Shown one piece after another: positions 1 to 10,131 of a stretch of DNA of 64,000 bases. The notes under the pieces were generated by a model, which ran no database searches, was not told the origin of the DNA, and saw only the letters and a list, made by a program, of their open reading frames with translations. The position numbers were made by a program, and so were the translations under genes. The DNA is from Clostridia bacterium (GTDB taxonomy: Bacteria; Bacillota; Peptococcia; DRI-13; UBA5745): NCBI GenBank assembly GCA_018436095.1, contig JAHDMJ010000018.1, positions 258,434 through 322,433 on the forward strand. Reading direction: 5' to 3'. The number at the start of each line of letters is the position of its first letter. Positions within the stretch are counted from its first letter, which is position 1.

Positions 1-1360
1 CGGTATTGTCTGGGGACCAGCCATGCTGGCTCTTTTGGTAGGTATCGGCGTTTATTATACGTTTCGTTTGAAATTTTTCCAAATTACCGGCATCGGCACC
101 TGGATGAAGGGCACCTTCGGCCAGTTGTTTTCCCGCCGTAAGGCCGGTTACGGCGCGGTGACTCCCTTTCAGGCCCTGACCACAGCCCTGGCGGCTACCG
201 TAGGCACCGGCAATATGGTGGGGGTGGCCACGGCCATTGTGGCCGGCGGGCCCGGGGCAATTTTTTGGATGTGGGTATCAGCCTTCTTTGGTATGATGAC
301 GAAATATGCGGAAATCCTCCTTTCTCTGCACTACCGCAAAAGAAATAGCAGGGGGGAATGGGTAGGGGGACCTATGCATTACATCACGGGGGGAATGGGC
401 CGGGGTTTTGGCTGGCTGGCGGCGATTTTTTCATTGTTTGGCGCTTTGGCCGCCTTTGGTATCGGCAATATGACCCAGGTCAATGCGATTGCCTCCTCCC
501 TGGAAACCGCCCTGGCAGAGCTGGGGTTATTATCCGGCGTTGCTTTGCCGGGGGAATTTTCTTTTTTCAAATTCGGTGTGGGGGTGCTTTTGGCTATACT
601 GGCAGGCCTGGTAATTCTGGGAGGCATGAAAAGAATCGGCAGCTTCAGTGAAAAGCTGGTGCCTTTCATGAGCGTAGTTTATATAGCCGGCTCAGTGGTT
701 GTCCTGGTCATTCAGAAGGAGCATCTGGGACCGGCTCTGGCCAGTATATTTAGCCAGGCCTTTACCCTGCCGTCGGCAGCCGGCGGCGCCCTGGGCTATA
801 CCATGGCTAAAGCCATGCGTTACGGCGTGGCCCGGGGTGTTTTTTCCAATGAAGCGGGCTTAGGATCTGCACCCATCGCCCATGCCGCCGCCGATACGGA
901 CAGTCCTGTAAAGCAGGGCTTATGGGGTATTTTTGAGGTGTTTATGGATACAATAGTGATTTGCACCATAACGGCTTTGGTCATTTTGTCCTCCGGCGTT
1001 TTTACCGGACCGGGCTCCCTGGACGGCGCCCCCTTGACTATTGCTGCTTATCAAAAGGCCTTCGGTTCTTTCGGTATTATTTTTGTAACGGTATCCATAT
1101 GCCTTTTTGCGTTTTCCACGGTGCTTAGCTGGTCCCTGTATGGCCAGCGCTGCTTTGAATTTCTCACCGGCGGCAGGGGTCTGGGCCTTTACCGCCTGGC
1201 CTTTGTGCTTTGCATTATCATTGCGGCGGTAATCCGGCTGGAGCTGGCCTGGGATATAGCCGATACGCTAAACGGCCTGATGGCTCTGCCCAATATGCTG
1301 GCTTTAATCGCCCTTTCCGGCGTTGTGGTCAGGCTGAGCCGCAGCTTTTTCCGCAAGTGA
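1..1360 (+). CDS. Alanine/glycine:cation symporter (AGCS family), 5' end outside window
   Basis: Frame is open from nt 2 (GIVWGPAMLALLVG...). Polytopic, with family-typical TPFQALTTALAATVGTGNMVGVATAI and GVFSNEAGLGSAPIAHAAA. Confidence 0.85.
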   Translation, partial: GIVWGPAMLALLVGIGVYYTFRLKFFQITGIGTWMKGTFGQLFSRRKAGYGAVTPFQALTTALAATVGTGNMVGVATAIVAGGPGAIFWMWVSAFFGMMTKYAEILLSLHYRKRNSRGEWVGGPMHYITGGMGRGFGWLAAIFSLFGALAAFGIGNMTQVNAIASSLETALAELGLLSGVALPGEFSFFKFGVGVLLAILAGLVILGGMKRIGSFSEKLVPFMSVVYIAGSVVVLVIQKEHLGPALASIFSQAFTLPSAAGGALGYTMAKAMRYGVARGVFSNEAGLGSAPIAHAAADTDSPVKQGLWGIFEVFMDTIVICTITALVILSSGVFTGPGSLDGAPLTIAAYQKAFGSFGIIFVTVSICLFAFSTVLSWSLYGQRCFEFLTGGRGLGLYRLAFVLCIIIAAVIRLELAWDIADTLNGLMALPNMLALIALSGVVVRLSRSFFRK

Positions 1361-1547
1361 TACTGATCTGCAATTAAATGCCGCAAAAGTGCGGCAGTGG
1401 GCAAAGTCCGCGCAGAATAGTATAAGCGGCGAATTTTAATGTAATCTTAATTGCGAAAAGAGCTTAAATGATTTATAGTATTAGAGAAGCCCGATTAAAA
1501 CAGGCATAAGGAAAGGGAAAAATCAGATAATCAAGGAGATTGCTGTA

Positions 1548-2228
1548 ATGAAGAAAGAAGTCATCAGGAAGTCACCGATACCTTATTATTTAGCGGGCCT
1601 CTGCTGGCTGGTCTACAGTCTGCTGTTGCCTTTTTACCGGCTGACGGATATCCTCATTGCCGCAGCCCTTTCCGCCGCCGCCTTTTTTGTGGGCAATAAG
1701 ATCTTTGCTCCCCGCCGGGAATTGGTGGAGGTAGAAGAAGTTTTTGCCTCCTCAGGCAGCCGGCAGGCTGATGAAATGGTGGCTCAGGGTCAGGCCCTGC
1801 TTAAAGATATCCGTTTTATCAATGACAGGATCGGCGATGCCGAGCTGTCGGCCCAGATTACCAGCCTGGAGGATGTGTGCCGCCGGATATTTAAAGAAGT
1901 GATCCGCAGGCCCCAAAAGGCCCCCGTAATCCGGCGTTCTTTGGAATATTATTTACCGGTGGTGCTCAAGCTGCTGAAATCCTATTACAATATGGAAGAA
2001 CAGCAGGTTCAGGGCCAAAAGGTTCAGGAAACCATGAAAAAAATCGAGGGTATCATGGACACGGTGCTGCAGGCCTTCCGCAATCAGCTTGATGGTTTAT
2101 ACCAGGATGAGGCCTTGGATATTTCTACGGATATTACGGTTTTGCAGGGTATGCTGACGCAGGAGGGGTTGCTTCCTGATGAGCTTAAGGGAGAAACGGC
2201 CGAAAAGATACCGGAATTAAAGCTGTAG
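1548..2228 (+). CDS. XpaC-like (5-bromo-4-chloroindolyl phosphate hydrolysis family) membrane protein
   Basis: Two N-terminal hydrophobic helices, then a helical domain (LEYYLPVVLKLLKSYY). AAGGAG RBS. Lies directly upstream of a TelA-family gene, like the B. subtilis xpaC-yaaN pair. Confidence 0.6.
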   Translation: MKKEVIRKSPIPYYLAGLCWLVYSLLLPFYRLTDILIAAALSAAAFFVGNKIFAPRRELVEVEEVFASSGSRQADEMVAQGQALLKDIRFINDRIGDAELSAQITSLEDVCRRIFKEVIRRPQKAPVIRRSLEYYLPVVLKLLKSYYNMEEQQVQGQKVQETMKKIEGIMDTVLQAFRNQLDGLYQDEALDISTDITVLQGMLTQEGLLPDELKGETAEKIPELKL

Positions 2229-2263
2229 CCAGATTGAAAAGGAAATTGGAGGGGACAACGAAT

Positions 2264-3418
2264 ATGACAGAAGAAAAACTCAGCTTAACTTTAGAGGGAG
2301 AAGTATTGTCACCGGCTGCCGCCGCTTTGACCCTGGACTCTGCCGCCGGGGCCCGGCCTCAGGAGGTTCAGGCAGAGTCTTCCGTACTGGATATGAGCAG
2401 CCTGACCCCCAATGAACAGCAGCAGGTATTGGAGTTTGCCGGCAAGATCGATGTGACCAATGCCAACCAGATTCTGCAGTACGGCGGCGCCGCCCAGCGC
2501 AAGATCGCCGGCTTTTCGGAAGCGGCTTTAGCTAATGTCAGGACAAAGGACCTGGGGGAAACCGGCGATATGATCACTAATTTAGTGATGGAGCTGCGGG
2601 GCTTTGAGATAGACGAGAAAGAAAGCGGTTTTCTGGGCTTTTTCAAAAAAAGCGCCAATAAGGTTCAGATGTTGAAAACGAAGTATGATAAAGCGGAAGC
2701 CAATGTGGACAAGATTGCCCAGTCCCTGGAGCGCCACCAGATTCAACTTCTTAAAGACGTGGCTATGCTGGACGAAATGTATAATACGAATCTTGTCTAC
2801 CTCAAAGAGTTGGCTATGTATATTCTGGCCGGCAAAAAGGCTTTAAAAGAGGCCAGGGAAGTGACCCTGCCCGAATTTGTAGCCAAAGCCAAGGCCAGCG
2901 GTTTGCCGGAGGATGCGCAAAACGCCAATGATTTTGCTAATCTCTGTGACCGTTTCGAGAAAAAAATTCACGATCTGGAGCTGACCCGGATGGTATCCAT
3001 CCAAATGGCTCCGCAGATCCGCCTGGTGCAAAACAACGACACCTTAATGGCGGAGAAGATCCAATCCAGCTTGGTCAATACGATTCCTTTATGGAAAAGC
3101 CAGATGGTTTTGGCCCTGGGCATGGCCCACAGCCAAAAAGCCATGGAAGCTCAGCGGGAAGTCAGCGATATGACCAATGAATTGCTGAAAAAGAATGCCG
3201 ACAAGCTGAAAATGGGTACTATTGAGACGGCCAAAGAGTCGGAGCGGGGTATTGTGGATCTGGAGACCCTTCAGCATACAAACCAAAGGCTCATTGAGAC
3301 CTTGGATGAGGTCTTGAAAATTCAAAATGACGGCAGAACCAGACGCCGCCAGGCAGAGACGGAGCTGGGCAAGATCGAAGGCCAGCTAAAACAGAAACTG
3401 CTGGAAATCAACGGATAG
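2264..3418 (+). CDS. TelA/YaaN-like toxic anion resistance family protein
   Basis: ILQYGGAAQRKIAGFSEAALANVRTKDLGETGDMITNLVMELRGF is typical of the TelA family. I prefer the ATG at 2264 (GGAGGGG RBS) over the TTG at 2234. Confidence 0.85.
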   Translation: MTEEKLSLTLEGEVLSPAAAALTLDSAAGARPQEVQAESSVLDMSSLTPNEQQQVLEFAGKIDVTNANQILQYGGAAQRKIAGFSEAALANVRTKDLGETGDMITNLVMELRGFEIDEKESGFLGFFKKSANKVQMLKTKYDKAEANVDKIAQSLERHQIQLLKDVAMLDEMYNTNLVYLKELAMYILAGKKALKEAREVTLPEFVAKAKASGLPEDAQNANDFANLCDRFEKKIHDLELTRMVSIQMAPQIRLVQNNDTLMAEKIQSSLVNTIPLWKSQMVLALGMAHSQKAMEAQREVSDMTNELLKKNADKLKMGTIETAKESERGIVDLETLQHTNQRLIETLDEVLKIQNDGRTRRRQAETELGKIEGQLKQKLLEING

Positions 3419-3487
3419 CCGCGGCCAACAGATAACAACAATCAATAGTAGACCGCAATAATTAATAGACCGCAATCAGGGGTAAGG

Positions 3488-4045
3488 GTGATAATATTGA
3501 ACATCTGGCGAAATAACAAATTTGCCTTCGTCGCTATGCTTGTGATGATCATAGCCGGCACCTTAATTGGCAGCCATAATACTCTTGCAGGAATGAGAGA
3601 GGAAGGGGCGGCTGTGTTTGTTGCGGGCATTAAAGGGGACGGCATAGGCATCCAGGGGGACTTAAGCGAAAGAGATGCTGCTGCATATAATATGGTCACC
3701 ATTGCCCGCAAATATCTGCCCGAAGATAATGCGGTAATTCAGCAGGTCATAAAGGCAAGGGCTGATTTGGCGGCGGCGGATTCGGTAGCGGAGAAAGCCA
3801 AAGCCGATAAAGCTTTGGAAAGCGCCGTTAAAGATTTGCACCAGGTATTGGCTGCCGCCAAACTTTCGGCCCAGGACGAAAAATATCCTCAGCGGATATA
3901 TACGGAATTCCGGTCAAGAGGCGACACCATCAGCCACGATCCTTATAATCAGGTAGCGGCAGATTTTAATAAAAAGCTGTCGGCTTTCCCCGCCGGTTTA
4001 TTGGGCGGGCTCACCGGGGTGAAACCTCTGGAATTGTTTCAGTAG
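3488..4045 (+). CDS. Membrane-anchored protein, possibly divergent LemA-like
   Basis: One N-terminal TM. The C-terminus YNQVAADFNKKLSAFPAGLL resembles the LemA YN..V..YN..I..FP motif. Sits upstream of a TPM-domain gene, the usual LemA-TPM pairing. Confidence 0.4.
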   Translation: MIILNIWRNNKFAFVAMLVMIIAGTLIGSHNTLAGMREEGAAVFVAGIKGDGIGIQGDLSERDAAAYNMVTIARKYLPEDNAVIQQVIKARADLAAADSVAEKAKADKALESAVKDLHQVLAAAKLSAQDEKYPQRIYTEFRSRGDTISHDPYNQVAADFNKKLSAFPAGLLGGLTGVKPLELFQ

Positions 4046-4094
4046 CCCTTTAAAAGTCAGGGGCAAAAGTAAAAACGGAAGAAGGCGATGGGGC

Positions 4095-5264
4095 ATGAAA
4101 GTAAACAATATTGCAGTCACAGGCAAGAGGCTGGCAGCCGCCGCTTTTACGCTGTTTTTTTTGTTTGCCTTTTTAACGCCGGTTTTTGCGGCGGTGACTG
4201 TGCCGGAATATAAAGACGAATATGGCTATGTGGCGGATTTCGCCGATGTTATTAAAGGCGATACGATCAACTACATCAACGAGGCCAACGTAGCTCTGAC
4301 GGATGCCACCGGCGCCGAGATCATTGTAGTTACTGTGGATTTTTTGGACGGCGCTGAGATTGAGGATTACGCTTACAGCTTATTTAATGCCTGGGCCATC
4401 GGATCGGCGGAGAAAGACAACGGCATTTTAGTGCTCCTGGTTATCGGTGAGGAGAATTACTATGCCTTGCAGGGCGCCGGGCTGGAACAGCAATTTAGCA
4501 GCAGTATGCTGGATGAATATCTCTATGATTTCCTGGAGGAAGATTTTGCTGCCGGCGATTACGATGCCGGCGTCCGCAAATTCTTTAATGCCACTTTGGA
4601 GCGGTTGGAGCGCATCTATGGAGTAAGCCTGGAAGGCAATGCTTCCCAGCCCGATTCTTCCGGCTCCACCGACCGGGGAAGCAGCGGCTATACACCGCCC
4701 AATCCTTCATATCAGCCGCCGGTTTATCGTACCGGTCCCAGAATTAACTGGGCGTTGATTATTGTAGTGGTGATCATTGTCGCATTTTACTTATTCAGCC
4801 GGCGTCCCCGTTACCCCAGGACCTATGGCCGGCCCTATATGGCCAGGCGGACGATTTTCCGTCCCATTATTTTTGGCGGCAGAAGGCCCTATCATTACCA
4901 TCCTCCCGTCGGTATGCCCCGGCCCCGGCCTGTGCGCAGCCCCGGCACCAAAGGCGGTCCTAAGCCTCCCGGCGGTAGTGGCAGCGGCGGCGGCGGATTC
5001 AGTGGCCGCACCGGCGGCGGCGGTTCCAGCCGGGGTGGCGGCGCCGGCCGCAGCAGCGGCGGTTTCGGTGGTTTTGGCGGCTTTGGCGGTTTCGGTGGCT
5101 CAAGCGGCGGCAGCCGGCCTTCTTCCGGCAGCAGCGGGCGATCCTCCGGCGGCTTTGGAGGCGGGCGATCCTCCGGCGGTTTTGGCGGCGGCAGGTCCGG
5201 CGGCTTTGGCGGACGCAGCGGTGGCGGCGGTTCCAGCCGGGGCGGCGGCGCCGGCCGGCGGTAA
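4095..5264 (+). CDS. TPM (YgcG-like) domain membrane protein with Gly/Ser/Arg/Phe-rich tail
   Basis: Signal/TM segment, then the TPM core YVADFADVI...GAEIIVVTVDFL...DNGILVLLVIGEENYYALQGAG, a TM (WALIIVVVIIVAFYLF), and a low-complexity tail. Confidence 0.8.
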   Translation: MKVNNIAVTGKRLAAAAFTLFFLFAFLTPVFAAVTVPEYKDEYGYVADFADVIKGDTINYINEANVALTDATGAEIIVVTVDFLDGAEIEDYAYSLFNAWAIGSAEKDNGILVLLVIGEENYYALQGAGLEQQFSSSMLDEYLYDFLEEDFAAGDYDAGVRKFFNATLERLERIYGVSLEGNASQPDSSGSTDRGSSGYTPPNPSYQPPVYRTGPRINWALIIVVVIIVAFYLFSRRPRYPRTYGRPYMARRTIFRPIIFGGRRPYHYHPPVGMPRPRPVRSPGTKGGPKPPGGSGSGGGGFSGRTGGGGSSRGGGAGRSSGGFGGFGGFGGFGGSSGGSRPSSGSSGRSSGGFGGGRSSGGFGGGRSGGFGGRSGGGGSSRGGGAGRR

Positions 5265-5278
5265 GCCTGATTTAGCTC

Positions 5279-5325
5279 TTGACAAATTTGCAAGATATGT
5301 TATACTATTAATAGTAATAATTACT
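5279..5325 (+). promoter_or_regulatory. rbr promoter (TTGACA-16-TATACT) with a downstream PerR/Fur-type palindrome AGTAAT-A-ATTACT
   Basis: TTGACA at 5279-5284, TATACT at 5301-5306, and a perfect 6-1-6 palindrome at 5313-5325. Confidence 0.6.
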
Positions 5326-5404
5326 GTTTAGTGCCATGCCTTAATTTAATGAAAGGGCAATAGCAGGGTAAAAGCAACATAAATTGAAAGGGGTTTTATT
5401 TGTA

Positions 5405-5944
5405 ATGAAAGAGTTGAAGGGAACCAAGACGGAACAAAATTTAATGACAGCCTTTGCCGGCGAAAGCCAGGCCCACACCAAGTATCTTTACTATGCCGCC
5501 ATGGCTAAAAAAGAAGGTCTGGAAAAAGTGGCTGATATTTTTGAAGAGACTTCCCGTAATGAAAAGGCTCACGCTTATATTTGGTTCAAGCTGCTTCATG
5601 GCGGCATGCCTTCTACGGACGTCAATCTCCAGGATGCTGCCAGCGGCGAAAATTATGAGTGGACAGACATGTATGCTACTTTTGCCAAAGAGGCTAAAGA
5701 AGAAGGCTTTGACAAGATTGCATTTTTGTTTGAAGGCGTAGGCAAAATCGAGAAAGATCATGAAGAAAGATACCTGAGACTTCTGGATAAAGTGAAAAAC
5801 GGCGTTATTTTTGAATCAGAGGATGAAATCCTTTGGATCTGCAGAAATTGCGGCAATATCCATTTCGGCAAAAAAGCTCCCGAGGTTTGCCCTGTTTGCG
5901 ACCATCCCAAATCTTTCTTTGAGAAACGCTGCTTAAACTACTAG
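5405..5944 (+). CDS. rbr: Rubrerythrin
   Basis: [24 protein letters not shown], the EKAH diiron motifs, and a C-terminal rubredoxin-like CRNCG...CPVCDHP. ATG at 5405 is preceded by GAAAGGGG. Confidence 0.9.
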   Translation: MKELKGTKTEQNLMTAFAGESQAHTKYLYYAAMAKKEGLEKVADIFEETSRNEKAHAYIWFKLLHGGMPSTDVNLQDAASGENYEWTDMYATFAKEAKEEGFDKIAFLFEGVGKIEKDHEERYLRLLDKVKNGVIFESEDEILWICRNCGNIHFGKKAPEVCPVCDHPKSFFEKRCLNY

Positions 5945-5987
5945 GAGCTTAAGTCACAGTTGGGCGCGTTATAATTTATAAATTAAG

Positions 5988-6035
5988 AAAGCTGTTTTTC
6001 TTTGGAGCAGATTCCAAAGGGAAGCAGCTTTTTTA
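5988..6035 (+). terminator. Rho-independent terminator after rbr
   Basis: AAAGCTGTTTTTCTTTGG / CCAAAGGGAAGCAGCTTT stem (with G-U pairs), then TTTT. Confidence 0.7.
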
Positions 6036-6146
6036 TGGGCACACCTTGAAAGCGAAGATAAAGTGCAGTATCCGCACTGGAAATTTCTTTGCCGAAGGGT
6101 TATAATACTCTAATAGACAGGTAAATTCAAAGAAGGCGGAGTAATC

Positions 6147-6902
6147 ATGATTGTAAAGACAGACCAAGATTTAAAGGGCATAATGGAGGCCGGTAAGGTT
6201 GCCGCAGAAATTTTACATAAGATGGCGAAGCGAATCCGCCCGGGTATCACCACCGGGCAGTTGGATAAAATAGGCGAAGAAATGATGCTTCGCTATGGAG
6301 CCAATTCGGCGCCGAAAGTAAGCTATAATTTTCCCGGCGCTACCTGTATCAGCATTTTGCCGGAGGTGGCCCACGGCATTCCCGGTTCCCGGGAGATTAA
6401 AGCCGGGGATCTGGTTAATATCGACGTTTCCATTGAGCTAAACGGTTATTATGGCGATAATGGCATGAGCATACCTGTAGAACTGGAGGATGAAAGAGTC
6501 CTGAAGCTTTGCCAGGTAGGCCAGGAAGCCAGGGCGGCAGCTATTGCGGCAGCCAAGCCCGGCGGCAAAATCAATGAGATCGGCAAAGCAGTGGAGCTGG
6601 TGGTTAAATCCCATGGCTACACCGTTATTAAAAACCTTTGCGGTCACGGCTTAGGCCGCAAGCTCCACGAAGCGCCGGAAAACATATTGAATTATTACAG
6701 CAAATATGAACGGGGTAAAATCAACCCCGGGCAGGTTCTGGCTTTGGAGCCTTTTATATCCGAAGGTCCGGAGCTGGTGAAGGACGGCGGTTACGATGAA
6801 TGGGCCCTCGTGGTGCCCCAGGGTTTTTATGTGGTACAATTTGAACATACCATTATCGTGATGGAAGGCGGTACTATCGTGACCACCGTGCAGCCGGAAT
6901 AA
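6147..6902 (+). CDS. map: Methionine aminopeptidase, type I
   Basis: AHGIPGSREIKAGDLVNIDVS, the metal-ligand context HGLGRKLHEAP, and LEPFIS...FEHTI. Confidence 0.9.
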   Translation: MIVKTDQDLKGIMEAGKVAAEILHKMAKRIRPGITTGQLDKIGEEMMLRYGANSAPKVSYNFPGATCISILPEVAHGIPGSREIKAGDLVNIDVSIELNGYYGDNGMSIPVELEDERVLKLCQVGQEARAAAIAAAKPGGKINEIGKAVELVVKSHGYTVIKNLCGHGLGRKLHEAPENILNYYSKYERGKINPGQVLALEPFISEGPELVKDGGYDEWALVVPQGFYVVQFEHTIIVMEGGTIVTTVQPE

Positions 6903-6964
6903 AAAGCTTTTCGACATAAGCATAGAAAAATTAATCAACGAGGAAAAAGGGAGAGATTAACAGC

Positions 6965-7306
6965 ATGGAAAACTTATTTGGCAAAATGAAAGAATACGTA
7001 AAAATGGATACGGAGATTTCTACCGAGGAATTTCTGGAATACTATAAAAAGGTCATGGATAAGTTGCAGTCAGATTTTGAGAGCCTGACGGAAGAAGAGC
7101 TGTTTCAGGCGAAGATTGTCACTTCGATTATGTCCGGCAACGCCTCCACCCGTCAAAAAAGGAAGGATGGCGACGCTAAGAAGTTCAAAAAAATTCAGGA
7201 AAAAAGCAGCTTCTGGACAAAGGCCATTGATTATAAGCTGAAGAAATCCGGCCTTAGCGAGCAGGAAATTGAAGAACGGACCGGTGCAATAGAAAAGGAG
7301 ATGTAA
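6965..7306 (+). CDS. Hypothetical small charged protein
   Basis: 113-aa Lys/Glu-rich ORF. Its stop overlaps the start of the next gene (ATGTAATG). No family recognised. Confidence 0.5.
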   Translation: MENLFGKMKEYVKMDTEISTEEFLEYYKKVMDKLQSDFESLTEEELFQAKIVTSIMSGNASTRQKRKDGDAKKFKKIQEKSSFWTKAIDYKLKKSGLSEQEIEERTGAIEKEM

Positions 7307-10131
7307 TGAATAAGAAAAAGCCTTGGCTTTGGACGATAGCGGGATTCCTGGCGGTCCTGCTTTTTATTTCCGGGGTTTTAATACGCTTTCGTTTAGATCA
7401 GCAGTGGTTTGCCAGCGTTGGGTATATGCCGGTTTTCTGGCGCTCCCTCTTATGGAAGGGAGCGGTGGGGCTGGGTATATTCGGCTTGTTTTTTCTCGTC
7501 AGCTATTTTAATCTCCATCTGGCTCTGCGCCGGGCCGGCCATCGCCGCCAAAAGCTGCCGGCAGCCTTGCTGGCGGCTTTGTTTGCGTTGATCCTTTGGG
7601 CGGAAGCCGGCAATGTCTGGTTTATGGTGTTGCAAGCCTTGAACTCCACGGCTTTCGGCGCCGCCGATCCCCAATTTGGTCTGGATATCGGTTTCTATGT
7701 CTTTCAACTGCCTTTTTTGGAATTGCTTCAAGGCCTGCTGGGTACTTTTTTGACCCTGCACCTGTTGGCCACTTTGCTGATCTACCTGCTTCCCGCAATT
7801 ATGGGAGAGCATTCCGGCAAGGCGGCAGGGAATGGGGGGAGCTCGCCGGGGCCTGCTGTAGAAGTAGACGGCGGGGACGGCAAATTCTTCAGGATCGACG
7901 GGCAACCTTTTTCCAAACTGAAAAAAGGAGGTTTCTTTCCCCAGTGGAAGGGCTGGAGCCATTGCGGTTTTTTGCTGGGTATCCTGATTATGCTTCAGGC
8001 AACAGAGCAGTTGCTGGGCGTATTTCGCCTCATGTATAACCAGGGTGGCATCGTGGGCGGCGCCGGGGCTGCCGATATAGCCGTCAGATTGCCGGCAGCC
8101 TATGTTTTAGCGGCGATCTCTCTGATAATCGGTCTGGTGGTGATGGTGAGAAGCCGCCGTTATTTGAAGCAGGCCGCTGTGGCTTTTGCCTGCTACCTCA
8201 TTCTCAGCTTCCTTTTGCAAGAGGTGATTCCCGGCTTCTACCAGCAATTCGTGGTGGATCCCAATGAAATTTCCCGGGAGCAGCCTTATATTCAGCGCAA
8301 TATTGAGTTTACCAACCGGGCTTACCATCTGAATCAGCTGGAGGAACGGGAATATCCCGTAGGTCTTCTGTCTCTGGAAGAGCTGGAGGCTAACCGGGAT
8401 GTTATCGAGCATATCCGTATTCTGGATCAGGGAGCCACCCACACCACCTACAGCCAGCAGCAGGAGCTGCGGCGTTATTACAACTTCTCCGATGTAGATG
8501 TGGACCGCTATATCATTGACGGCAAGTACACTCAGGTAATGGTAGCTGCCCGGGAGATGGACCAGTCAAAACTGCCCGAGCAATCCCAGAATTTCAACAA
8601 CCGTCTTTTCCAATATACCCATGGCTTTGGCCTGGCCATGAGTCCTGCCAATAAGGTAACGGCCACCGGATTGCCGGATTATTTGATTAAAGATATTCCG
8701 CCGGTTAGCCGGCAATTAGAAATTACTCAGCCCCGTATTTATTACGGGGAGATGACCTCCAACAATGTAATTGTAAAAACCAAGCTGGCGGAGCTGGATT
8801 ATACCGACGGCGAGCAGAACAAGGATTATTTTTATGAAGGGGAAGGGGGCATACCCATGACCCTCCTCAACCGTTTGCTGCTTTCCTTGCGGGATATGGA
8901 ATACCGCTATTTGTTTTCCGGTTATATCACAGGGGAAAGCCTTTACCTGGAAACCCGCAATGTGGTGAACCGGTCAGCCAGGATTGCCCCCTTTTTAAGC
9001 TATGACCATGATCCTTATATCGTCCTGAACGGTGAGGGCGGGATGGTTTATATGCTGGACGCCTATACCCATACCAGCCGTTACCCTTACTCCCAGGCTT
9101 ATGATGCTTCCGGAATGAATTATTTGCGCAACAGCATAAAAATTACGGTAGATGCTTATAGCGGCGATGTGAATTTTTATATTTTTGACAGGGAAGATCC
9201 CATTGCCGCCACCTATGCCAAGATTTATCCGGGATTATTCAAATTTAGGGAGGATATGCCGGAGGATTTGCAAAATCATGTCCGCTATCCGGAAGCCATG
9301 TTCCAGATCCAAAGCAGGATGCTGCAGGATTACCATATGAGCAGTCCGGTGGTGTTTTACAACCGGGAAGACCGCTGGGCCTTTGCCGACCAAATCATCG
9401 GCTCGGAACGTAAAGAGCAGGAGCCCTATTACACCATCAGCCGCCTGCCGGGAGAGGAAGAAGCGGAGTTTGTGCTGCTGCGCAATTTTACACCCTATGG
9501 CCGGGACAATATGGTAGCCTGGCTGGCCGGACGCAGTGACGGCGATAATTACGGCAAGCTGCTGCTCTATACTTTTTCGAAAGGCAGCCAGATCATGGGG
9601 CCCATGCAGGTAGAATCCCAAATCGATCAGGATCCGGAGATATCCAGCCAGTTGAGCCTTTGGGGGCAAGGCGGCAGCACCCTGATCCGGGGCAATATGC
9701 TGGTTTACCCTGTGGATGATGCTTTGCTTTACGTGGAGCCTTTGTATTTATCTTCTGATAAAAACCGCTATCCTCAGCTATTGCGGCTATTCGTTTATTA
9801 TAATGACCGGATCGTCATGGCAGCCAGTCTGGATGAGGCTTTGGCCCAGCTATTCTCCGGTTATGGGGAGAATACAGGTCAGGGGACTGGAGAGGCGGTA
9901 TTACCCGGTTCAGAGCCGGATAAAGAAGAACCTCTCAATGAGGTTGAGCCCGGCTCTTGGGCTGACAATGAGACTATACCCTTAGAGATTCGCCAAAGGC
10001 TGACCCGGCTCATCGAACTGCAAAAATCCGGAAAAGCAGCCTTGGCCAGAGGCGACTGGGCGGCTTACGGGGCAACCCAGGAAGAAATGGCAAAAATTCT
10101 TGAGGAGTTGGATAACCATGGGGTTAATTGA
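7306..10131 (+). CDS. UPF0182 family large membrane protein
   Basis: About 7 N-terminal TM helices plus a large soluble domain. Carries family-typical YIQRNIEFTNRAYHLNQ and FQYTHGFGLAMSPAN. The 941-aa size fits UPF0182. Confidence 0.8.
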   Translation: MNKKKPWLWTIAGFLAVLLFISGVLIRFRLDQQWFASVGYMPVFWRSLLWKGAVGLGIFGLFFLVSYFNLHLALRRAGHRRQKLPAALLAALFALILWAEAGNVWFMVLQALNSTAFGAADPQFGLDIGFYVFQLPFLELLQGLLGTFLTLHLLATLLIYLLPAIMGEHSGKAAGNGGSSPGPAVEVDGGDGKFFRIDGQPFSKLKKGGFFPQWKGWSHCGFLLGILIMLQATEQLLGVFRLMYNQGGIVGGAGAADIAVRLPAAYVLAAISLIIGLVVMVRSRRYLKQAAVAFACYLILSFLLQEVIPGFYQQFVVDPNEISREQPYIQRNIEFTNRAYHLNQLEEREYPVGLLSLEELEANRDVIEHIRILDQGATHTTYSQQQELRRYYNFSDVDVDRYIIDGKYTQVMVAAREMDQSKLPEQSQNFNNRLFQYTHGFGLAMSPANKVTATGLPDYLIKDIPPVSRQLEITQPRIYYGEMTSNNVIVKTKLAELDYTDGEQNKDYFYEGEGGIPMTLLNRLLLSLRDMEYRYLFSGYITGESLYLETRNVVNRSARIAPFLSYDHDPYIVLNGEGGMVYMLDAYTHTSRYPYSQAYDASGMNYLRNSIKITVDAYSGDVNFYIFDREDPIAATYAKIYPGLFKFREDMPEDLQNHVRYPEAMFQIQSRMLQDYHMSSPVVFYNREDRWAFADQIIGSERKEQEPYYTISRLPGEEEAEFVLLRNFTPYGRDNMVAWLAGRSDGDNYGKLLLYTFSKGSQIMGPMQVESQIDQDPEISSQLSLWGQGGSTLIRGNMLVYPVDDALLYVEPLYLSSDKNRYPQLLRLFVYYNDRIVMAASLDEALAQLFSGYGENTGQGTGEAVLPGSEPDKEEPLNEVEPGSWADNETIPLEIRQRLTRLIELQKSGKAALARGDWAAYGATQEEMAKILEELDNHGVN

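Noticed and set aside
4777-5331. ORFs of 184, 132 and 61 aa overlapping the 3' end of the TPM-domain gene
   Set aside because: These are Ala/Pro-rich translations of alternative frames or strands of a GC-rich Gly-codon repeat. They have no start context, and the TPM frame is continuous with a recognisable domain.
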